Shown: positions 9,571-20,712 of the stretch, in pieces
Layout: each line of letters starts with the position of its first letter
Position numbering within the stretch: the first letter of the stretch is position 1
UHGV virus genome: UHGV-0143082
Length of the DNA: 32,928 nt
Strand: one strand, 5' to 3'
Source: a virus
Position numbers and translations under genes: made by a program
Notes under the pieces: generated by a model
Told to the model about the DNA's origin: nothing
The model's input: the letters and a program-made list of their open reading frames with translations, nothing else
Databases searched by the model: none

Positions 9571-10266
9571 TTAAAACAACGAGCCAAGCAGACCAAGACC
9601 GCCACCAACAGCGGCACCAATACCAGTACCAATACCAGGAACAATGCTGCCAAGTTGTGCTCCAGCAATTGCTCCAGAGGCAGCCCCGCCTATTGCAGAT
9701 TGAAGGCCGGAAGGTCTATTAGCGTTTGCCGCCGCCAGTGCCGCGCTTTGCTGTGAAATCTGGCTCATGTTGTTGGCATATGTTTGCCCGGCGTTTGCCT
9801 GTCCCTGAAGAGCGCCAAGACCAATATTTGCCAGATTCTGGTAGTTGTTCATTTGTCCAGATAGCCATTGCTGACCAAGCGTTGGTGCGATTGTTGCTAA
9901 CTGATTACTGGTTGCTGTGGAACCCAATCCACCTGTTGCTTCCGCTGCCGCCAGACTCTGATAGCGAGCCTGACCTGCAAGGTCTTTATACTGCTGAGAT
10001 TTGTAATACTGGTTAAGCGCCTGACCTTGCCCTTCCAGAGACGATAAGTTCTCGAGGCTGCCGACATACTTCTCAGCCAGAGGAGTAAACGGCTTCAGGT
10101 TATTCATGATGGTGTTGAACTGCTGATTTTGCAGGTCTGCGGCATACTTCTGGGCTTCTGCTGCATACTTTGCGCTTTTATCAGAGCTACCACCTTTCCC
10201 GCCTTTTTCAGGGCACCAAGGTTCCTCGCCGTGCAGTTTTCTGCCCAGCTTAAATGCATATAACAT
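9571..10266 (-). CDS. Ejection protein, P22 gp7 homolog
   Basis: 231 aa; Gly/Ala-rich C-terminus; synteny. Confidence 0.75.
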   Translation of the reverse strand: MLYAFKLGRKLHGEEPWCPEKGGKGGSSDKSAKYAAEAQKYAADLQNQQFNTIMNNLKPFTPLAEKYVGSLENLSSLEGQGQALNQYYKSQQYKDLAGQARYQSLAAAEATGGLGSTATSNQLATIAPTLGQQWLSGQMNNYQNLANIGLGALQGQANAGQTYANNMSQISQQSAALAAANANRPSGLQSAIGGAASGAIAGAQLGSIVPGIGTGIGAAVGGGLGLLGSLF

Positions 10267-10268
10267 GG

Positions 10269-10724
10269 CTATCTCCCGTGATTCAGGAATTCGATTAGTT
10301 CTTCGCGTGTGGCGCTGTAAAACGTCACGTCATCCACGCCTTTGAAGTATTTCTTGATGGTTCCTACACGATTAAGGCCAATCATTGCGCAATACATCTG
10401 ACCGTGGCGGAATTTGCGTGCTGCGAACGATGTGACGCACTGAACGGTGGTGTTAGTCAGAATGTATCTCCAGAAAGACAGCCCGATTTCCTTGCTGAAG
10501 CCGCGAATCTCTGGCAGGTACATGGCGTGGCAATCAAAGGTCAGCGGCTGAATCTCCTGATAGTAAACAATTCCGCCGAACTGCCCGTGCACGTTCACCT
10601 CAAAGTAACGGCATTCAGGTTTGTAGTCATATCCATCACCGTTGTTGCTCCCGGCAATAATGTCAGGGTGATTTCCGACTGCTTCTATCAGGTCGATGTT
10701 TCGCGTTGGTTTGAATGTAATCAT
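10269..10724 (-). CDS. P22 gp14-like virion/DNA-stabilization protein
   Basis: 151 aa; immediately downstream of tail needle gene as in P22. Confidence 0.7.
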   Translation of the reverse strand: MITFKPTRNIDLIEAVGNHPDIIAGSNNGDGYDYKPECRYFEVNVHGQFGGIVYYQEIQPLTFDCHAMYLPEIRGFSKEIGLSFWRYILTNTTVQCVTSFAARKFRHGQMYCAMIGLNRVGTIKKYFKGVDDVTFYSATREELIEFLNHGR

Positions 10725-11425
10725 CAGTCAATCAGCCCATGTAATCTAAGTGCCGTTTCAAGCGCCAGAATACGCTGCCGCGCCTGCTGCAAACCTGTAG
10801 CGAGAGCTGCGACTTCGGATTGCGTGTACGTAGTGCCGACAGTGTATGACTGGTTAGCGTTGAATGAGCCAAGAAGTGGCGTACCTGTGGCTGCAGTCCA
10901 TCCGGTCTGCCTTGCTCCAACGACCTGAATTCCATCAACTGAATATGATGTTTTTACATCCAGCGGTGACGCAAGAGACTGCGATTCGGTTACGGTTTTC
11001 GATACGTAATCACTCTTAATGTCAGATACATCGCTTTCTACGCCATCCAGTCTTTGGTCAACAGTGACCAGATGCGCCTGAATATCGATAACCTCATCCA
11101 GCAAGTAATCAACATCGCTACGTAGTACGACTATCTTCCCTTCGGCGGTTGTTAACCTGACCTCAAGGAGATTTATCGCTTTTGTGTTTGCGGTGATTCT
11201 TGCATCGTGATCTGCCAGCTCGACGTCCTGTTCATCGTTTTTCACCTGAGCATCGTAAGCGCCCTGACCAGCCTGATTTGCCTTCCCGGCAATTGCGCCA
11301 ACATCAGCACCCTGATTTATGACATACAGCAGGTAAGACTGGCTGAATATATTGCGTGGCAAAATTGAAGCATCAAGGCGCGCAGCCTGAACCGCGACAG
11401 GATTATTCAGTGATGAATCCGCCAT
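10724..11425 (-). CDS. Tail needle protein, P22 gp26 homolog
   Basis: [25 protein letters not shown]...[31 protein letters not shown] and C-terminal ...LRLHGLID match P22 gp26. Confidence 0.9.
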   Translation of the reverse strand: MADSSLNNPVAVQAARLDASILPRNIFSQSYLLYVINQGADVGAIAGKANQAGQGAYDAQVKNDEQDVELADHDARITANTKAINLLEVRLTTAEGKIVVLRSDVDYLLDEVIDIQAHLVTVDQRLDGVESDVSDIKSDYVSKTVTESQSLASPLDVKTSYSVDGIQVVGARQTGWTAATGTPLLGSFNANQSYTVGTTYTQSEVAALATGLQQARQRILALETALRLHGLID

Positions 11426-12843
11426 TACTCAATCCTTATCTGGCAGCCAGACAGAGTGACAGGTGACTTCGTGATAACGCGCAATTTGAAGCCGACATTT
11501 TTCCTGATTCGCCCGACACGCTTCCACAAAACGCGTTTGTCGTAAACGAACGGTTCATTCTGCTCAATCATCTGCTCACGACCGTAATTGATGCCGTCAG
11601 TGGTTGCAGAGAGAAAAAGGCGGTCAGCATACTGCGCAACGCCAGTTGAAGATTCAACTTCAAGGTCGAAAACTCTGGCGTTATCTGCTTTGAAGAGTGG
11701 AGTAAACAGCAGGTGTTCCTGCTGCTTGTCGTACTGGCTGCTGATATCGAACTGCAATTTCCCGGTAACAGATTCCAGCTTATCGCCGCACGTTATCTGA
11801 TTGCCTTCGTAAATGAAGTCGATAGCGCGGTACACATCGTCATACAAGCCTGTTTTCAGTACACACCATTGCGGACCATTGGCGCTTGAAGATGCGTCGT
11901 ACACGAGGACGTGGCGCGGAAGGTGGATAATCAGCAGTTCATGCGCATCAAATCGCAGCGATTCCATCACACCATCAGCCAGTTCATCAGCAGTGTAGGA
12001 GCGGAGGATTTTCTCAATGCTCGCGCTGGCGATTGGTGATACCTGACCGGAGCCGATGATGTATACAGACGGCGCACCTGTTGCCGGATTGCTGATGAAC
12101 GCATACGAGTCAGCAAACGGCGTTTTGCAGTAGGTCCCGGCAATGCCTTTCTGCACCATCAGCGATGGCTGGGCGACATACAAAGCAGCACCAACGGTGG
12201 TTGCACCAGTCAGGGAGAAATATTCAATCGTCGATGAACCAAAGCAGACGATGAAGTCTCGCCATGTCCCGATACCGATGATGCCGTCCGGCTGCGATTC
12301 TGCGCGATATTGTGCACTGTATCGGTCAGGGTGCGATTCGTCTTCAAGGTCAGTGATAAACCATGAATCAGTTCCGTCTTTTGACCACGCATAACGCCCA
12401 CGTAAGCGAGTAATGTCGCGAACTGAACCTAACTCATACTGCGTGAATCCACTGTCTGTAGGCCAGTTTGAGACGGTTTTAACCGTGCCATCATAGCGAT
12501 ACTCGACCAGTTGACCATTAACGCCTACCGCCTGTGATGTTCGACCATGCGCCATTGATACGCGACCACTTCCGGCAACATCACCAACCTCGCTTTCGCC
12601 CTTATACAGCTTGCCACCACACACGCGATAAACAGCATTCTGCGCCATGTTGTACTCGACGCCTCGCGATACGCCGTTCACATCAGAACGTTTGGCAATG
12701 CCCGGGAATGAGCGAAGATATCCGCTGCTGTTGAGGATTTCTTTGGGTGTAGCCAACATATTCACTGGCAGATAGTCGATATAGTCGGCGTTTCGAAAGT
12801 CTTTGCCGACACCTTTCATAAGCGGAAGTTGCTGAATCGTCAT
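11425..12843 (-). CDS. Tail hub/accessory protein, P22 gp10 homolog
   Basis: 472 aa, same length and position as P22 gp10. Confidence 0.8.
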   Translation of the reverse strand: MTIQQLPLMKGVGKDFRNADYIDYLPVNMLATPKEILNSSGYLRSFPGIAKRSDVNGVSRGVEYNMAQNAVYRVCGGKLYKGESEVGDVAGSGRVSMAHGRTSQAVGVNGQLVEYRYDGTVKTVSNWPTDSGFTQYELGSVRDITRLRGRYAWSKDGTDSWFITDLEDESHPDRYSAQYRAESQPDGIIGIGTWRDFIVCFGSSTIEYFSLTGATTVGAALYVAQPSLMVQKGIAGTYCKTPFADSYAFISNPATGAPSVYIIGSGQVSPIASASIEKILRSYTADELADGVMESLRFDAHELLIIHLPRHVLVYDASSSANGPQWCVLKTGLYDDVYRAIDFIYEGNQITCGDKLESVTGKLQFDISSQYDKQQEHLLFTPLFKADNARVFDLEVESSTGVAQYADRLFLSATTDGINYGREQMIEQNEPFVYDKRVLWKRVGRIRKNVGFKLRVITKSPVTLSGCQIRIE

Positions 12844-12852
12844 TTATTCACC

Positions 12853-13314
12853 TCACGTACTCGGTTCATCTTTCTCGATGTAAAACCGATTCCACGTAAA
12901 CGCGCTTTTGTTACCACTACCGCGAGGCATGTCATTTCGCCGCTCAAGTGGTGGTATTTTGGTTAAAGCGATGCAGATTGTCTGATATGCGCTGTCAGCA
13001 GCGGTAAGGAGAGCATCCGACGGCTGAATGACGTTATCCATGCACACTTGCACAGCGAGTTTCAAAGCGACGCCATCATTTGCCCATGCAGGGATACCTG
13101 AATCATCGTCAGGTAACGGCATGATGCCGTTTTCTGTATCAGCAAACTGATATCCAAGCTCGATACCTTTCGCCTGCCATGCTGCCATCATGTCTTCGAG
13201 GTCATTAATGGCATCTTCAATTGCCTGAGGGTCGGCATCTGTCAACGTGGCATTGGAATACAGCCCGGCTTTTCGTAAAGCCTTTAGAACGAGATCACCC
13301 TTCGTTTTCGCCAT
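12853..13314 (-). CDS. Head-to-tail adaptor, P22 gp4 homolog
   Basis: 153 aa; synteny between coat and gp10. Confidence 0.8.
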   Translation of the reverse strand: MAKTKGDLVLKALRKAGLYSNATLTDADPQAIEDAINDLEDMMAAWQAKGIELGYQFADTENGIMPLPDDDSGIPAWANDGVALKLAVQVCMDNVIQPSDALLTAADSAYQTICIALTKIPPLERRNDMPRGSGNKSAFTWNRFYIEKDEPST

Positions 13315-13483
13315 CTTCTTCCGCCTTAGCCACTTTTTGCTTCGTTGCGGTTTCTTCAGGAGTTTTTACCCAACCTTTTTTCAGGTGAGATTTAACTTCT
13401 TCGTCATCAACAATGATGTAATCGACAGCAAACTGACCACAGGTGATCATGTTGCCAGGCTTATAGAGCATTGTTCGTGCCAT
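13295..13483 (-). CDS. Small hypothetical protein between coat and gp4
   Basis: 62 aa from ATG 13483 with GGGAGA SD; acidic C-terminus. Confidence 0.4.
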   Translation of the reverse strand: MARTMLYKPGNMITCGQFAVDYIIVDDEEVKSHLKKGWVKTPEETATKQKVAKAEEDGENEG

Positions 13484-13495
13484 TGTCTTCTCCCA

Positions 13496-13518
13496 ATAAA
13501 AATGGGGCCGAAGCCCCA
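13496..13518 (-). terminator. Hairpin/partial terminator immediately after the coat gene
   Basis: ggggc-ttcg-gcccc stem followed by ATTTTTA on the minus strand, between coat stop and the next SD. Confidence 0.45.
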
Positions 13519-13524
13519 CCAAAA

Positions 13525-14778
13525 TTACTGCCCGGCAATAACGATGCCCGTATATTCAGGAACAAGTACAGAGCAACCGTACAGAGTGGTGAAACGAGCA
13601 GTGGTTACGCCTTTGATGTGGTCGAAGGCGTAAGACATGATCAGCGTAGCGCCCTGCTCGGTGGTTGCTGTCATTACCTGTGGACCCTGACCAGTTGGGA
13701 ACGCCAGTTTGCCGTACATCAGTTCAACAGAACCATCAGCCCAGAACAGGTTAGCCGGTGCGGCATTTTTGTTGAGAATGGTGATTGCTGCGCTACTTGC
13801 CGCATTAGCATCAACGTTTGCATATGGACGGCTGGCGACATCCGAGTTGTCAGGCGGCAGAATTTTCGGGGAGATAGTTACTGTCGTTCCGCTAACTGCC
13901 AGAACGCGGAATACTTGCGGCTGCCCGGTGGTATCTTTGGTGATCTGGTGTACGGAATTCACCCCTGCGATGGTAAACGCATCGCCAACCTGCAAACCTT
14001 CAGCAGATACCGTAATGGTCCCCTGTCGGTTATCCACTGGCATATCGTTAGCATCTTTCGCTTCAACCTTGTGCGCAGGTGCTGCTGCCAGCGTAATGGA
14101 AGTTGCTGTACCCTTCGGAACACGACCAGAAATATCGGTCTTGTAGCTATCGAAGGACGCAACCGGAGGGATCTGCGCTTTTTCGTATGCTGTCAGGGTT
14201 GCGCCCTGAGCATAGGCTCGGTGACCAAGCTCGCCAGCAAGGTCTTTGTAGTTGAAGGGGTTCCAGAAAGAGCGACGGTTGATACCCTGCGGTACACCAA
14301 TCGCCGTCATGGTGGCATCAATACCTGCCGCACAGTTCCACAAATCACGGCCCTGTGAACCAGTGGTTGAGTCAGCCATTGTGATCACGTTAGTAGCACG
14401 CTGCGTGACCATGGAAATCAGGTCCGAGTCAATCTGTGCAGCAAGGCGCATACCTGCGGCGCGACCAGCTTCAGTTTTATGTTCCGGGTCACGCATTTCA
14501 CGCGCATCCAGAGTGTACAGAATGTTTTTCGGCTCCTTGAACACTGAAGGAACAAGGCGCTGAACCAGTGCTGTTGGCGTTTTGCTGCTGAGGTCTAGGC
14601 CTTCCTCAATGTTCATGTGGTAATGCTGCGGACGATACAGAACATCACCTGCTCGCTGCATTGCTGTATCACCGGGACGGAATTTTTTAGCGTTACGGGA
14701 AACTACGCAGGCGGCCTCAAAGCCTTCAACGTAGTTTTCGAACATGATTTCAAGGTCTTTTGCTAATTGGTTAGGCAT
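13525..14778 (-). CDS. Major capsid (coat) protein, P22/Sf6/CUS-3-type
   Basis: 417 aa; position after scaffold; partial similarity to P22 gp5 (e.g. NLFWADGS vs NVFWADDA). Confidence 0.85.
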   Translation of the reverse strand: MPNQLAKDLEIMFENYVEGFEAACVVSRNAKKFRPGDTAMQRAGDVLYRPQHYHMNIEEGLDLSSKTPTALVQRLVPSVFKEPKNILYTLDAREMRDPEHKTEAGRAAGMRLAAQIDSDLISMVTQRATNVITMADSTTGSQGRDLWNCAAGIDATMTAIGVPQGINRRSFWNPFNYKDLAGELGHRAYAQGATLTAYEKAQIPPVASFDSYKTDISGRVPKGTATSITLAAAPAHKVEAKDANDMPVDNRQGTITVSAEGLQVGDAFTIAGVNSVHQITKDTTGQPQVFRVLAVSGTTVTISPKILPPDNSDVASRPYANVDANAASSAAITILNKNAAPANLFWADGSVELMYGKLAFPTGQGPQVMTATTEQGATLIMSYAFDHIKGVTTARFTTLYGCSVLVPEYTGIVIAGQ

Positions 14779-14796
14779 GCTTAATGCTCCGATAGG

Positions 14797-15690
14797 TTAT
14801 TTTTTTGCCTTTTTAGCGGCGAAATACGGCGTCCAGTCACCAGTTTCCCGCGCCTTGGCTTTCAGTTTGTCGAGGTTATTGATTACTGCGCCGTTGCTCC
14901 CCTTAACTGTCGGGGTTGTGGCTGCCGTGGTTTTTGCTTTTGGCATGATTCTGGCCTTCGATTCGATACGTTCCAGCAGACGACCAATTGCTACTGGGTT
15001 GGTAGCTTCTGCCAGTTGCTTGCGCAGTTCAGCGTTGCGACCGAGCGCGAGAACAACGATTTCCGGCTTCTCTGACTCAAACAGGATCGCGTTTTGTGTC
15101 TCGATGGGGATTTCCTCGAGTACAGCCTGTTCTGCTTCCTGATAGCCAGGAACTTTGAGAGCCTTAACACGTTGCTGATATTTGGATAATCGCTCTTGAT
15201 AGGCAGCCTGAAGCTCCTGCTCCTTCTGCTTGCGAGCCATCTCCTGTTGCTGGTACTTGCCGTTATCCTCTGCCCACTTAGCCATGCGTTGCTGGTAGAT
15301 TTCTTCATCGAAACCGATGTCATCATCGTCCAGTTTTGGCATTCGCGGTGGTTGAGTGATTACCGGCTGCTGCTCGACGGGTTTCTGAGACTGACGCATC
15401 AGCTCTTTCAGCTCGCGGTCTTTCTCTTTAATCGTCTTGCGCAGGTGTTTTACCAGTCCATGCTCTGCGCCATCTTCGCTGGTTGGCGAATCCAGCTTTT
15501 CGTCACCAAAGTAGAATTCCTGTTCTGATTCGTCGTCATCAGTTTCAGTAGCTTCCTCTGCATCATTGCCGGAGGACTCACTGCCATCTTCTGTTTCGAC
15601 TTCTTCAACCAGTTCGACATCATCAGGAATCTGCTCTGACGCGTCGGTTTCGATTTCAACTTCTGGTGTGTTTTCTGCCATCTGGTCCAT
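14797..15690 (-). CDS. Scaffolding protein, P22 gp8-like
   Basis: 297 aa; highly acidic N-terminus, coiled-coil middle, basic C-terminal tail; between portal and coat. Confidence 0.8.
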   Translation of the reverse strand: MDQMAENTPEVEIETDASEQIPDDVELVEEVETEDGSESSGNDAEEATETDDDESEQEFYFGDEKLDSPTSEDGAEHGLVKHLRKTIKEKDRELKELMRQSQKPVEQQPVITQPPRMPKLDDDDIGFDEEIYQQRMAKWAEDNGKYQQQEMARKQKEQELQAAYQERLSKYQQRVKALKVPGYQEAEQAVLEEIPIETQNAILFESEKPEIVVLALGRNAELRKQLAEATNPVAIGRLLERIESKARIMPKAKTTAATTPTVKGSNGAVINNLDKLKAKARETGDWTPYFAAKKAKK

Positions 15691-15780
15691 TTGTTACCCC
15701 TGTTTACTCGATGTTCAGCCCATCGGAAGGCAATAGGGTGCCAGGCCTCATAAAGACAGCCATTGCACGTTATGGGTTAA

Positions 15781-17982
15781 TTACTGCTGTGGTTGTTGCT
15801 GAGTTGATTTTTGCAGGATGCTGCTGATGTCCATGCGCTGCGCATGGCCCTGTGCCTGACTTTTCAGGACAAGCTCTGCATCAGCACGGGCATTGTCTCC
15901 TTGCTGTTGCTGGAACTGTCCGAGCAGTTTCAGAGCCTCGCGGATATCAGATTTCTGCTGGCTATCAGCAGATGCGAGGATTTTCACAACGTTTGCCGCT
16001 GCAACCTGAGCATCAGTCTGTGCCTGGAATGCTTTAACCTGAATGGCTGCCTGCTCGTTCTGCGCTTTCTGCAATTCAGCCTGACCAGCAAGAAGCTGAC
16101 CTTGCGCAGCAACCATAGCCGGATCTGGCTGACTGGCCTGTTGTTGTTTCGCCTGCTCAACCATCTGCTGTTCTTCTGGCGTTCTCGGCTTGATAACTCC
16201 AGACAGAAGCAACTGATTGCGGTTGTATTCTTTAAGGTCGTCCATCCCTTCGCCGTCCATATTGTCGAGGATCATCGACGATACAAGGTCGTGTTTCGAC
16301 GTTCCTGGCGGGATAAGTGCCAGCATGGAAAGTAACGACTTAACCGTTGCGTCACGGCGAGTAGCGAACGACTGACCGACATCGACAGTCACTTCATAGT
16401 TACCCTGAGAAAGGTCGTTAAGCGCGATAACCTGCCCTGTCTGACGGTCAACCACTTCACCAGTCATCAGCGCCACGTCATCGCTGCCGTCCTCATTAAC
16501 GATACGCATCGGCGTATCACTACCATAGACCTCACGTGCCATAGAAAGCCACACGACGCCAGCACGGCGCATGGATTTAGCCATGTTGTCCATGTAGATA
16601 TAGGACTGCGTGTCCATCCGGTTAAAGATGCTATCAACGGTATCGGTAGCGACGTTGCTCGGCATGTTCTCAAGCTGCGACGCACCTGTAATTTGCTGAA
16701 TAGCCGTTCCGGTGTACTGCAATAGCCCGGCAAGAGCTGGCGGCATTTGTGTCGGAGGTGTATAACTGCTGACCTGAGCCTGCGCAGTAATATCTCCGTT
16801 TTTGTTTTTCAGACTGACCATCGGCAGGAACGCCGGGCGCTTTTTGTTGCGCTCCGCCCAATGAGTGGCAAGAGGACCAGGAATCATGTCAACATCAACT
16901 ACAGGAATGCCATCACCGCCAGCCTGAGTAGCGTTATCTGCAATCATGGAAACCATCAGGTTCTCAAGACGCTGTGCATCCATCGCTTTTGCTGCGTGGC
17001 CTTCTATTCGCTCCTGATTATCAACAAATGAGCGACGCCCATATACCGGGATGAGAGGAATATGTTCGCCCGGAATACGCTTCGGTTCTTCCAGCCATTC
17101 AGCGCCAGACAGAAGACCGCAATAAACTCTGCGTTTCTTCACTGTCCGCTCACCAATCAGTTCGAATGCGCCATCGGTCAGCTCGTCGACAATATCTTTG
17201 ATTTGCTCTTCATCATAGATTGCCGTTTCTCCGCTAACAGGGTTGCGCCATGCCGTGAGCTTCACCTTCTCTATGCGAACTTCGTAGTAGCGACCAACAT
17301 AGATGGCATCTGGCGTTGACCAGTCATATTGAGTGCCAGTGTCATCACGAGAAAGGCTTGCCGCGATGGAATCAGGGTATTCAGCCTCGAACGCTTTAGG
17401 CGTCATGGAGAACATTTCCATAGCCCACATAGCATCAGAGCGGTCATATTGCTTGCTGTCCTGATCGAAGAAAACGCATGTCGCTGGGTCGTAAACAGGA
17501 AGAAGGCTGATGCGTCGCTGCTCGTTACTTGGGTCCATTTCATCTTCGTAATCGGCACACATGCGGAAACAACCGAATCCGCCCGTTACAGCATCATCAA
17601 ATGCGTTATCACACGCTTCGCCACCGGATGTTTCCTGATAGTCAGCGCGGAATTTGCCGTTCATCTTTTCGGCTAACGCTTCCGATGCCTTGTCATCCTT
17701 CGGCCTGAATTTAACGCTGATGCGATTCTGTCGATACTCGCCAATGATGCGATCACATTCACGGGCAATCTTATTCAGTTCAAAGCGCGGATAATGCTCA
17801 AACCTGCCTTCATCAAATGAGTAACCAGCGTTTGTGCTGCCTTCCCACTGTGCGCCGGACACCCGGACGAAACGTTGAGCCTCAATAATCTGCTCTCGCA
17901 TATCCTGCGTTGCTGACCAGGCATTATCAAAGTTGCACAGCACCTTGCGATGCCAGTCAGTCATCTTTCTATCATCAGCCAT
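15781..17982 (-). CDS. Portal protein, P22 gp1 homolog
   Basis: Extensive similarity to P22 portal including the C-terminal barrel region (PETPEEQQ...DPAMV..AQGQLLAGQAELQKAQN...RMDI); ATG at 17982 overlaps terL stop as TGATG. Confidence 0.9.
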   Translation of the reverse strand: MADDRKMTDWHRKVLCNFDNAWSATQDMREQIIEAQRFVRVSGAQWEGSTNAGYSFDEGRFEHYPRFELNKIARECDRIIGEYRQNRISVKFRPKDDKASEALAEKMNGKFRADYQETSGGEACDNAFDDAVTGGFGCFRMCADYEDEMDPSNEQRRISLLPVYDPATCVFFDQDSKQYDRSDAMWAMEMFSMTPKAFEAEYPDSIAASLSRDDTGTQYDWSTPDAIYVGRYYEVRIEKVKLTAWRNPVSGETAIYDEEQIKDIVDELTDGAFELIGERTVKKRRVYCGLLSGAEWLEEPKRIPGEHIPLIPVYGRRSFVDNQERIEGHAAKAMDAQRLENLMVSMIADNATQAGGDGIPVVDVDMIPGPLATHWAERNKKRPAFLPMVSLKNKNGDITAQAQVSSYTPPTQMPPALAGLLQYTGTAIQQITGASQLENMPSNVATDTVDSIFNRMDTQSYIYMDNMAKSMRRAGVVWLSMAREVYGSDTPMRIVNEDGSDDVALMTGEVVDRQTGQVIALNDLSQGNYEVTVDVGQSFATRRDATVKSLLSMLALIPPGTSKHDLVSSMILDNMDGEGMDDLKEYNRNQLLLSGVIKPRTPEEQQMVEQAKQQQASQPDPAMVAAQGQLLAGQAELQKAQNEQAAIQVKAFQAQTDAQVAAANVVKILASADSQQKSDIREALKLLGQFQQQQGDNARADAELVLKSQAQGHAQRMDISSILQKSTQQQPQQ

Positions 17983-19478
17983 CATCCAACTCCGCAAGGT
18001 ATGTTGTAGCTTGAGTAATCAATCTCTTTAGGATCTTTGATGTCTCGCATCTGTATTGCAAAACGCCTCATCATGTAGCCATAGCGAACAGCAGAAAGGA
18101 TGTCGTCATTTAGCTTGACGATCTTCCCGTTCTCATCGCGGTGATACAGGCGAAACTCTTCAAAGAATGGCTCGCAGGTGTTAAATACCTTGAAACGACC
18201 GTCGAGCATCATGTCGCGTATCTCTGCTATCCCGGGTTCGACCGCATTACCTCCATCAGGCCATGTTGCATGATCTGGCAACATGTCGAACCCAGCGTCG
18301 GCGTATTGTTCCTTGAGCTGAGCGCCGCCTCCCTTTTCGTGCTGATGCCCGTCATGAGGCCAAGCCGTAGGGGTGTTTTTGCTCCATGCTTTAACAGCAC
18401 TCCATGCCTCTGTCGCCTTCTTCTGTTTGGCCTTCCAGACGCGAGAAAGATAAATCACGTCCTCGTCTTTATCCCACCAAAGCTGGATATGTGCCTGTGG
18501 GTGATCCCATCCGAAGTCCATTGCATTGATGACGTAGAAGTGATCAGGACACTCGAACGGCTGACACTTAATCGTCTCTTCCGGTATCTGGAAGATTCGA
18601 CCACTACCCATCGTAGGAATACCGCGAGTACGCGCCTCTCTCTCATGCTCAGGATAGGATGCGATGATTTGCTCTTTCTGCTCGTCGGTATAGTGCTCAG
18701 CGTCATAGATGGTCATGTTGACCACTTTCTGCGACTTGCTGGGATTCTTCAGGAACTTGGTAACAACGTCAGACATCCCCATCAGCGGGGTAAACGTCAG
18801 AATTGAGAATTGCCCGTATTTGTTGGTACGGGTAAGACCTTCGCCATAAATGCTGTATGGTGGCTCTTCGTCAAACCACACGCCGTGGATTGTGTCACCC
18901 TGCCAGCGAGCACGGCCTTGCGAGTATGGTTTGAAGTAGCAGATTGAAATGCCATCTTCAACGCCATCAGCCGTGTGATGCTTAACCAGAAGGTGATCAA
19001 CAAGGTTCGGAAAGAAAGGAGACTTCTTCCAGCTAATGATGTCTTCTTTCGGTATGGAACCGTAGCCTGGCTCGTCATTCTCTTCGATACGACCGCACAG
19101 GATGCGTTGAGTCGTTTTGGTTACCGTCTCGTTTGTCTCGCCGCCAATCCAGAAGACAACAGGCTCATAGAAACGCTTACCTTTCCACTCACCGCCATAT
19201 TTACCATCAGCAGGATAGCCTTTTGTGCCCGGATAACGCCCGGTAAGGTGAAACGCGACTTCAGCAGCACCAGTAAATGACTTACCAAGCTGGTTACCAG
19301 CCATAAAACATCGCTCTGGATAGTCATGCCCGGCGTCGATGAACTCACGCTGTTTGCTGTATGGCGTAAATTCATATAGCAGGTGTGTGTTCCGGTAGTT
19401 TTCTTCTTCTTCGAGTAGCTCGAGCAATTCGATTTGCTCTTCGTCGCTCAGGTTATCAAGAATCGCGTCCAGTTCCAC
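17982..19478 (-). CDS. Terminase large subunit, P22 gp2 homolog
   Basis: 498 aa; ATPase and nuclease regions; synteny terS-terL-portal. Confidence 0.9.
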   Translation of the reverse strand: MELDAILDNLSDEEQIELLELLEEEENYRNTHLLYEFTPYSKQREFIDAGHDYPERCFMAGNQLGKSFTGAAEVAFHLTGRYPGTKGYPADGKYGGEWKGKRFYEPVVFWIGGETNETVTKTTQRILCGRIEENDEPGYGSIPKEDIISWKKSPFFPNLVDHLLVKHHTADGVEDGISICYFKPYSQGRARWQGDTIHGVWFDEEPPYSIYGEGLTRTNKYGQFSILTFTPLMGMSDVVTKFLKNPSKSQKVVNMTIYDAEHYTDEQKEQIIASYPEHEREARTRGIPTMGSGRIFQIPEETIKCQPFECPDHFYVINAMDFGWDHPQAHIQLWWDKDEDVIYLSRVWKAKQKKATEAWSAVKAWSKNTPTAWPHDGHQHEKGGGAQLKEQYADAGFDMLPDHATWPDGGNAVEPGIAEIRDMMLDGRFKVFNTCEPFFEEFRLYHRDENGKIVKLNDDILSAVRYGYMMRRFAIQMRDIKDPKEIDYSSYNIPCGVG

Positions 19479-19944
19479 GGTTGAATAGCTCCTTGATACG
19501 AGAGCGTCGCTTATCGCGATCTCCCTTATCAGGTGTCACGTCTTCAACTTGCGACTGCTCTTTGAGGCCCAAATCACGGGCGATGATGTTAGCGTTGAGA
19601 AGGTCAGCGGCTGCGCCAGAGAATTTCTGGTCGTAGATGATGTCTTCCGCTCGTGATGTGACGTCAGAAAAACCTTCCATTGACCGGAAGGTTCCCCATG
19701 TTTGCCTGGTGATATCAAGGAAGGTACACAATCCTGAAATAGTCATGGCTCGCATCTTAGGGACATTAGCCTTAATTATTTCTCCCTGATATGAAAATAC
19801 CTTACCCTCCCATAGCGGGTTATCATCAGCCCACTCGAAGTATTCACAACAAGCAGCCCACAGCGCCTCAGGCGATTCGAATTTAGGATTTCGCCCATGA
19901 CTACTGCGGGCCTCCCAAAATCGGTTGCCCTTTGGTGCTGCCAT
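19456..19944 (-). CDS. Terminase small subunit, P22 gp3 homolog
   Basis: From ATG 19944 the protein begins [38 protein letters not shown] and ends ...[14 protein letters not shown] as in P22 gp3; 162 aa. ORF-track start 19980 is an upstream in-frame alternative. Confidence 0.85.
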   Translation of the reverse strand: MAAPKGNRFWEARSSHGRNPKFESPEALWAACCEYFEWADDNPLWEGKVFSYQGEIIKANVPKMRAMTISGLCTFLDITRQTWGTFRSMEGFSDVTSRAEDIIYDQKFSGAAADLLNANIIARDLGLKEQSQVEDVTPDKGDRDKRRSRIKELFNRGTGRDS

Positions 19945-20022
19945 ATGATTATTTCCCTTCTGCTTGCTTATCCCATTCATCGCGGAATTTGGATGGGTTG
20001 TCGAAACCTTGAGTTGCCATGT

Positions 20023-20265
20023 TTATGCTCCGGTAGTGAACAGGTCTAACGCTTCCTTCGATTTACGCACCGCTTCAAATGTGCGGATCGTGATATCTGA
20101 ATTAGCGCCGCCTGACTGGAAGTGAATTTTGAATAGCTCAAGCTTCAACTCGTCAGTGCCAATGAACTGAAATGCTTCCTCTGCGGCTGCGTTCTGGTTC
20201 ATGACCAGTTTGTAAATCTCTAACTGGAATTTCTGTTCTTCAGTCATGGGAATAATCTCTGCCAT
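20023..20265 (-). CDS. Hypothetical protein upstream of terS
   Basis: 80 aa ORF in late-operon orientation. Confidence 0.45.
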   Translation of the reverse strand: MAEIIPMTEEQKFQLEIYKLVMNQNAAAEEAFQFIGTDELKLELFKIHFQSGGANSDITIRTFEAVRKSKEALDLFTTGA

Positions 20266-20712
20266 TGTTGGCTCCGTTTATCCGTTAAAAGGGATATCAG
20301 TTAAGTTATCCCGTGTAGGGTATAAGCCATTGTCGAGACCACTCATTGAATGGTCTCTGCAATAACCGATGTCTTTCCATCAGTCCGCCACCACAAAGAA
20401 TCTTTTTTGCCATAAGGCAGGAGGTTCATCTTTCAGTGGCTGCCAGTGTTATTTTCCCACTTTCTGGCTTGGGTTGTTTCGCTGTACTGCCGTAACTGGT
20501 TACCCAGAATAAATTCCGGTTTCATTATCAAGCCCACCCGTAGATGGGCTTTGTAATGAACTGGCTCTTATCTCAACGCAGCCCCTTACCGCGCGCCAGA
20601 TGCTCAACTTCAAGCATCAGCAATGAGATGTTTAATCTGGATTCACTCCAGAAGTGATCACCACCCTGTCTACAGAGCCAGATGTGAAGGATGATGAGTA
20701 AAATTATCGCTA

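Noticed and set aside
13471-14358. 295-aa + strand ORF (and similar + strand ORFs at 15811-16335, 18141-18806, 25681-26262, 28345-29001)
   Set aside because: Each lies antisense to a well-supported minus-strand phage gene (coat, portal, terminase, methyltransferase, primase-helicase); no SD or recognizable domains; treated as shadow ORFs
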